DNA of 51,367 nt, taken from IMG/VR virus record IMGVR_UViG_3300044638_002968, positions 1-51,367 of that record. One strand, written 5' to 3'. Below are positions 46,234 through 51,367 of this stretch, piece after piece. Positions within the stretch are counted from its first letter, which is position 1. The number at the start of each line of letters is the position of its first letter. Below the pieces are notes generated by a model. It was not told the DNA's origin and ran no database searches. It saw only the letters and a list, made by a program, of their open reading frames with translations. Made by a program: the position numbers and the translations under genes. This DNA comes from a virus. Its lineage: Duplodnaviria > Caudoviricetes.

Positions 46234-46689
46234 TTACCCTTTTAGGTTAAAACTCAGATTAGGGTGGCGCGGGTACTGCACAACGCGCTCGCCCTCTGGA
46301 CACTTGTACTTGATTGTTGCCAACAGAGTTGCTTTGCCGTCAGCAATTTTCTCTTTCTGCACCATCGTAAGCTGGTACGTAAAGGTGTCAATCTCTGGGC
46401 CTGCTGGGCCGCTAAACTTGCTGGCCGTGGTAGTCGCTGCGTGAATCATCCCCGCAGCATCTCGGATGCTGGGCGTAAAGCTTTCGACAGAGCAGTCGTC
46501 GCGCTTTTTGATCCGCGCAACGGTGACGTTAATAGGTTTGCCAGCATCCGCCGTGATCTTGAAGTTCTCAGGCGACCACTCAATAATTGCGCGGTCAAAC
46601 CAACCAAACTTGTCGGCAAGCGTGTAACTTCCACCTAGTGCAGCAACACTAGCGGCAACGGCCCCAATTGCCTTGGTAAGGTCAACCAT
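46234..46689 (-). CDS. Membrane-anchored hypothetical protein
   Basis: N-terminal hydrophobic segment; AAGGAG RBS. Confidence 0.6.
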   Translation of the reverse strand: MVDLTKAIGAVAASVAALGGSYTLADKFGWFDRAIIEWSPENFKITADAGKPINVTVARIKKRDDCSVESFTPSIRDAAGMIHAATTTASKFSGPAGPEIDTFTYQLTMVQKEKIADGKATLLATIKYKCPEGERVVQYPRHPNLSFNLKG

Positions 46690-46698
46690 GATTACTCC

Positions 46699-47145
46699 TT
46701 ATCGTAAATGCTTTACATACAAAATAATACCGTAAGTAATCAGCGCAAACAAAACGAATGCCGCTATGCCAATTACCAGATACTCAATAAGCTGCTCCCA
46801 CTTATCTTGGCGCAGCTTTGCCTCTCTGGCGGCTTCTTCCTTGGCTTCCCTGCGCCTACGGGCAGCAGCGGCTTGGAACTTCTGCCAATCACCCCACATC
46901 CCCGGTCTTCCAGCGTAGACCATGCGCTCACGCAGTTCGACCTCTTGAGCGTTAAGCTGCTCCAGCGCCATGAATTCTTCTATGTCGCTGCCGCCACCCT
47001 TCTTGGTGGCTCTTTCTTGGATGATCGCCTTGTTGTCGAAGTAGTCGAACACCCGCGAGCCGAGCGCAGACAACTCTTTGCCGTTGGCTAGGGCTTGCTT
47101 GATCACGGAAAACGCCGCGTTCGCGGCCATCAACTCAACAATCAC
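46699..47145 (-). CDS. Hypothetical protein with C-terminal TM helix
   Basis: ELMAANAAFSVIK...EFMALE...C-terminal hydrophobic stretch. Confidence 0.65.
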   Translation of the reverse strand: MIVELMAANAAFSVIKQALANGKELSALGSRVFDYFDNKAIIQERATKKGGGSDIEEFMALEQLNAQEVELRERMVYAGRPGMWGDWQKFQAAAARRRREAKEEAAREAKLRQDKWEQLIEYLVIGIAAFVLFALITYGIILYVKHLR

Positions 47146-47234
47146 AGCAGCACCTCAACAAACACCTTGGCGCACCAGACCACCAGCCCACAAAGAAGGG
47201 CCGCAGCGATGAAGCTAACGGCCCAGTCTTTCAT
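47142..47234 (-). CDS. Tiny membrane peptide (30 aa)
   Basis: MKDWAVSFIAAALLCGLVVWCAKVFVEVLL; overlaps both neighbours. Confidence 0.5.
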   Translation of the reverse strand: MKDWAVSFIAAALLCGLVVWCAKVFVEVLL

Positions 47235-47458
47235 TTGAGTTTCACGTTTTGCCAGACGATGCCAGCAGCGGCTACAAGACCACCGATCCACAGGATAGGC
47301 TTGGCGAGCTTACCGAACCACTCCAGCACCGTGAAAGCGCCTTGAGCAGCCTCAAACGCCTTGACCACGCCTTCCGTATTTTGCTCAATGCGGTCTACTT
47401 TGGTTTCGACAGCAAGCAAGCGGTCGTAGATTTCACGGTGGGAGATGTCGGGGATCAT
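47231..47458 (-). CDS. Small coiled-coil/TM protein
   Basis: HREIYDRLLAVETKVD...GAFTVL...C-terminal TM. Confidence 0.65.
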   Translation of the reverse strand: MIPDISHREIYDRLLAVETKVDRIEQNTEGVVKAFEAAQGAFTVLEWFGKLAKPILWIGGLVAAAGIVWQNVKLK

Positions 47459-47468
47459 GTGCTAGTCC

Positions 47469-47765
47469 TTACCACGGAGTTCCAGTGGCTGTCACAGGGT
47501 TCTTCTGCAACTCAATGTTTTGAGCCAGAGCAGCTTCGGTAGCGTCTTTGTCCACGCCAGATGCCCAGCACCAATCAAGCACTTCTTGCATGGTCACATC
47601 AGCGTAGGGCACGGTAGGACTGCCATAAAACCAAGAGCAGGTTGAGTAGATGGAGGCTGTGTAGTCTCCGTCAACAGCGTTGCACTGCCAATGTGCGGTC
47701 AGAATGAAGCCTGTTGCCACATCGTAGTTTGTGGTTGTGATTGTCCAGTTAAATTGAATTGCCAT
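47469..47765 (-). CDS. Tail-fibre-associated small protein
   Basis: WTI...AHW...PYADVT.QEVLDW...IELQKNP....PW; AAGGAG RBS. Confidence 0.65.
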   Translation of the reverse strand: MAIQFNWTITTTNYDVATGFILTAHWQCNAVDGDYTASIYSTCSWFYGSPTVPYADVTMQEVLDWCWASGVDKDATEAALAQNIELQKNPVTATGTPW

Positions 47766-47767
47766 GA

Positions 47768-48271
47768 TTAGGCTCCTTTCAGTTGGTAAGATGCAAATGC
47801 GCCATAAAATTTATTTTGCGCTTCTAAAGAAACAAGTTCAGCAAACTCTAAATCATCATATGATCCAATATGAGTTCTTTTTTTATTGACAGTAACACAA
47901 ACTTTGTATTTGCCCGTTGGTTTGTGGTAAGAAACATTTTTAACTCCCGTGCAACTGTCTTTGCGTATTTTTTTGTTGATTGCATTTTCTGACTTTGTTG
48001 CGTTTCTTAAATTTTCAATTGAGTTGTTTTGTATATTTCCGTCAATGTGATCAATTATTTTTGGCAAGTACCCTTTGTGCATTAAAAACACAATTTGGTG
48101 AACCATAAACCTTTGGTCTTTATACCTTGATCGTAAATAAGGCTGTTTTGCACCATTAGTACCGCCGACTTTACTTCCAATTTGCATACACATTGCAGGT
48201 CTAATTTTCCAAAACAAATCGCCATCCTTGTACTCAAACAAGCGGTGGGCTTCTTCTTGTGTCAAGTTCAT
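47768..48271 (-). CDS. HNH endonuclease with AP2-like C-terminal domain
   Basis: H.IVFLMH.G..P..IDHIDGNIQNNSIENLR.AT.SEN; TGVKNV...HIGSY; AT-rich relative to its neighbours. Confidence 0.9.
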   Translation of the reverse strand: MNLTQEEAHRLFEYKDGDLFWKIRPAMCMQIGSKVGGTNGAKQPYLRSRYKDQRFMVHQIVFLMHKGYLPKIIDHIDGNIQNNSIENLRNATKSENAINKKIRKDSCTGVKNVSYHKPTGKYKVCVTVNKKRTHIGSYDDLEFAELVSLEAQNKFYGAFASYQLKGA

Positions 48272-48289
48272 GATGAGTCCTTTCGGGGG

Positions 48290-51200
48290 TTAAATGTTTG
48301 CTGCTGCAAGGCGAGCACGGAGGGATTGAATTTCAGCAATCAGGTTGGCGATTAGTTCGGAGTTGGAGTAATCCATGCCTTGCATCTGTTCGCCGTCTTT
48401 TTCGCCTGTTGCCACAAGAGTGCGTGAGGATTCTTGAACTTCGTGAGCAATCAAGCCAACAAACGTGGAACCGTCAGCCTTCCAAGTGCCTTCAACAGGG
48501 TTCAGGCTGTCGATGTACGCGCCAGAAGTGGTGATCGGGCCCGTGATGTTTTTCAGGCGGTAGTCGGAGGATGTGTTGTAGGAAGTTGCTGAAGTTGTTA
48601 CGGATATAGAGCCGGGATTTGATGTGTCTCTATAAAAATCAATAATGGCTCCATCTGTTGACTTTCTGTTAAACAAAGCAGCAGTAGCACTTGTTGCAAC
48701 AGAATTTACTCCACCAGTGGCCGTAATAAATGTGCCATTAACATTGTAATTAGCTGACGTTTGACCAATTAGCAAGTCACCAGCAGCCGTCAAAGACATC
48801 GCCTGAGTGAAGCTAATAGCGTCACCTGCTGTGCCGGAGGGGGCGTTGTACCAAGCGTGTGTACCAGCAGATACGTTGTATCTTGCAGCGCCAGCAGAGA
48901 CAATGTAACTAAACGAGTTTCCGCCCGATTCATAGGCGTTGTTCATAAAATTGGCAGTGCCGTTAGCTTGCTGACCAACCGATGAGGTGCTTAAAAATTG
49001 CAGGTATCGACCGCCGCCAATGGCACTAGGAGTAACCCCCAAGCCGAGGTTGCCGGAGGTGTCGAGAGTAGCTTTAACCGTATTGGCTGTTGTAAAAGTT
49101 AACGGAACACCGTTGGGTGATCCAATGTTTGCCGCTGAACCACTGACCTGCAAATACAAATTGACACCACCAGAGTCCGAAGTGGTGATGAAGTTTGATA
49201 CCGTGCCAGAGCCACTTGTGTGCAATTTTGCCAGAGGCGAAGTCGTCCCAATACCGAGGTTGCCGGAAGCATCCAAGGTCATTGCTTGGGTGAAGCTAAT
49301 AGCGTCACCTGCTGTGCCGGAGGGGGCTACATACCATCGGTGAGCGCCGTTTTGCTCATACGATGATGCAACGTCACCAGTGTTTTTGTAAACATAACCA
49401 GAACCGCTGGTATTACCTGATGTGTTAAAGGCGTTCCAACTAAGAATTAAGTCACCAGAGCCAGCAGGACGCTGTGCAAATGCCACATAGCCTGCAATCT
49501 GCATTGCTTTGTATCCACTACCCCAAGCACTCGGAGTAACCCCCAAGCCGAGGTTGCCACCAGCCGGGTTCAAAACTATGTTGTAGGAAGTAGCGGCATC
49601 GTTCCGCATAGCTTGAAGCCATGAGTCGCCATTGCTGCCGTTTACGCCTCCATAAAGTCCGTACAACCCATTGGTGGATGATAAAAACAAACCACCAGAG
49701 CCTGTGCCGAGCGTAGGCAGTCCCGCAGTTTCACTTGCTACCGTTAATTTTCTGGTAGGCAAACTCGTCCCAATACCGAGGTTGCCGGAGGAGTCGAGGG
49801 TGGCTCTCTTTGAGTTGTTCGTAAAAAATTCCAGCGGATAAGCTCCCGATGAAAAAATCACAGACGAATAAGGAGTTGCGCCAAAAGATGTCCCGACAGA
49901 GTTCTCTCGTCCGACATAAAGATTGCCACCAGTGTTAATTAAGTTTGCAAATACAGAGTTTGTTCCTGTGGTGGATGTCAGCTTAAATTGCGCGTTTGCA
50001 TCCTGCACATCCAGTTTTGCCCCCGGAGAACTCGTCCCAATACCCAGACCTGTGCTGGTCAGGCGCATACCTTCTGTGACACCACCTCCAGCGCCGAATG
50101 CAATAAAACTTTCAGAAGCAAGGGCCAATGCAGCATTACTATATAAAAATTGCCTGTTTGGGCTCAAAACACCATAAGGTGTATATCCTGTTCCAATGGT
50201 TCCAAAAGTGGCAACTGTTGTTCCATTTGAACTTTGGAAACCAGCCCATGCGCTAGTTCCTGAATTGCTATTGGTCACCTGCATCAATGGAGTTTCAGAA
50301 TTTGAATTCCGAGAGTTTTGAAGCGTTGTTCCATCAAACGTTAGCGCAGACCCAGAGGTCAGGACTTTGCTGCCGTTGAGGTAGGCCACTCCGTTGGCTG
50401 TGCCGCCTGAGAGGGTGACATCGCCAGAGGCAGCCAGCGTAGTGAATGCGCCTGTGGTGGCTGTTGTAGCGCCCACAGTGCCGTTGATGTTGATGGAGGC
50501 TGTGCCTGTCAGGTTTGTCACCACACCCGATGCAGGTGTGCCCAAAGCAGGAGTCACCAAGGTGGGGGAGGTGGCAAACACTGCGGAGCCTGTGCCTGTT
50601 TCGTCCGTCAAAGCACCAGCCAAGTTAGCCGAGCTAAACGAGCCAAGCAGGGTAGCGTTGCCTGTTGAGGTGACAGCGCCCGTCAGGTTGGCGTTGGTGG
50701 TCACGTTACCCGCAGTCAAACCCGCAGCAGTGCCTGTGATGTTTGTACCCACCAGCGCAGAGGGTGTACCTAGAGCAGGAGTGACCAGCGTTGGGGAGGT
50801 AGACAGCACCATGCTTCCCGTGCCGGTCACTGAGTTACTGAGGGTCACGCCGCCGTAGGTCAAAGCACCGGATGTTGTAATTGCTCCAACACCCAATGTG
50901 CCTACACCTGCCATGTTGCCGGTGGAGTCTGCAATGGTCACTACGCTGTTCTGAATCAGCTTTCCGGTCGTGCCGTCAAATCGTGCGACTGCGTTGTCTG
51001 TTGAGGTGGCAGGGCCATCCACGTTTCCAGATGCGACCTCTACGAAATCAACGCCGTTCCACACAACCAAGGACTGAGTTCCAGCCAGAACCGTTACGCC
51101 TGTTGTAGGGCCAGCCCCCCGGATCACAATGGATTGTGTGCTGCTGGTCTTGTTGATTACAAAGTAAGCTTTGCTTTGCGCTGGAGCCGTGATGTTGCGG

Positions 51201-51367
51201 GTTACAGTGCCTCCGGCAGTCCACAGCAAAATAGCCTGACGCGCTTCGTTAGCCACGCCCGTGCTGGTGGTCAGCGTTACATCGGCATCAGAACTCAGTG
51301 TGGTTGTGCCAGATATGGCGGTGTCAAGTAGAGAGGTGATTGCGGTGTTAACCGTGTCGCCCCACGA
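48290..51367 (-). CDS. Tail fibre with C-terminal S74-type intramolecular chaperone (5' end beyond the window)
   Basis: Frame stays open to the window end (SWGDTVNTAITSLLD...); repeated D.SGNLGIGT modules; TSSDYRLK...GLIAHEVQ...DYS..IA.LIAEIQ. Confidence 0.88.
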   Translation of the reverse strand, partial: SWGDTVNTAITSLLDTAISGTTTLSSDADVTLTTSTGVANEARQAILLWTAGGTVTRNITAPAQSKAYFVINKTSSTQSIVIRGAGPTTGVTVLAGTQSLVVWNGVDFVEVASGNVDGPATSTDNAVARFDGTTGKLIQNSVVTIADSTGNMAGVGTLGVGAITTSGALTYGGVTLSNSVTGTGSMVLSTSPTLVTPALGTPSALVGTNITGTAAGLTAGNVTTNANLTGAVTSTGNATLLGSFSSANLAGALTDETGTGSAVFATSPTLVTPALGTPASGVVTNLTGTASININGTVGATTATTGAFTTLAASGDVTLSGGTANGVAYLNGSKVLTSGSALTFDGTTLQNSRNSNSETPLMQVTNSNSGTSAWAGFQSSNGTTVATFGTIGTGYTPYGVLSPNRQFLYSNAALALASESFIAFGAGGGVTEGMRLTSTGLGIGTSSPGAKLDVQDANAQFKLTSTTGTNSVFANLINTGGNLYVGRENSVGTSFGATPYSSVIFSSGAYPLEFFTNNSKRATLDSSGNLGIGTSLPTRKLTVASETAGLPTLGTGSGGLFLSSTNGLYGLYGGVNGSNGDSWLQAMRNDAATSYNIVLNPAGGNLGLGVTPSAWGSGYKAMQIAGYVAFAQRPAGSGDLILSWNAFNTSGNTSGSGYVYKNTGDVASSYEQNGAHRWYVAPSGTAGDAISFTQAMTLDASGNLGIGTTSPLAKLHTSGSGTVSNFITTSDSGGVNLYLQVSGSAANIGSPNGVPLTFTTANTVKATLDTSGNLGLGVTPSAIGGGRYLQFLSTSSVGQQANGTANFMNNAYESGGNSFSYIVSAGAARYNVSAGTHAWYNAPSGTAGDAISFTQAMSLTAAGDLLIGQTSANYNVNGTFITATGGVNSVATSATAALFNRKSTDGAIIDFYRDTSNPGSISVTTSATSYNTSSDYRLKNITGPITTSGAYIDSLNPVEGTWKADGSTFVGLIAHEVQESSRTLVATGEKDGEQMQGMDYSNSELIANLIAEIQSLRARLAAANI
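48807..49327. repeat. 38-bp exact direct repeat within the tail fibre gene
   Basis: GTGAAGCTAATAGCGTCACCTGCTGTGCCGGAGGGGGC at 48807-48844 and 49290-49327. Confidence 0.9.

Noticed and set aside
1-51367. tRNA genes, integrase/att sites, DGR reverse transcriptase
   Set aside because: None recognised by eye. The tail-fibre repeats are exact rather than adenine-variable and no RT is present. A tRNAscan run would be needed to exclude tRNAs formally

Overview
A 51-kb piece of a tailed dsDNA phage genome with podovirus-like gene content. The style resembles uncultured freshwater proteobacterial phages, but the host is only inferred. Left to right: head/packaging genes on the minus strand (scaffold fragment, GroES-like, portal, TerL, LexA-like HTH, TerS); a C/A-rich plus-strand cluster of small early genes; a minus-strand primase-helicase-HNH-ParB block; a ~0.7-kb non-coding region with a C4-like RNA; a plus-strand operon with recombination genes (PD-(D/E)XK nuclease, ERF, SSB); and minus-strand late genes (a giant polyvalent ejection protein with ART and HExxH domains, other internal virion proteins, tail, lysis, tail fibre). 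The main finding is at 18227-19925. A sigma70 promoter precedes an array of five ~110-125-nt non-coding units. Each unit is a tract of 5-nt periods (NN + GGH) followed by a conserved, covarying three-hairpin module. The array sits directly upstream of a stand-alone RAMP/Cas7-like gene and a translationally coupled partner gene. Reading only the variable NN dinucleotides as codon positions 1-2 gives V-Y-T-R-K-S-T-E-E-G-L for unit 1 (serine-recombinase catalytic motif) and L-G-I-S-R-S-T-Y-Y-V-L-R-R-E for unit 3 on the reverse strand (AlpA/excisionase-type HTH). This suggests a non-CRISPR, gapped-code RNA-guided system aimed at competing mobile elements. It resembles the VIPR-type systems I recall from recent reports, which I could not verify here. 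All calls were made by eye and no database searches were run.
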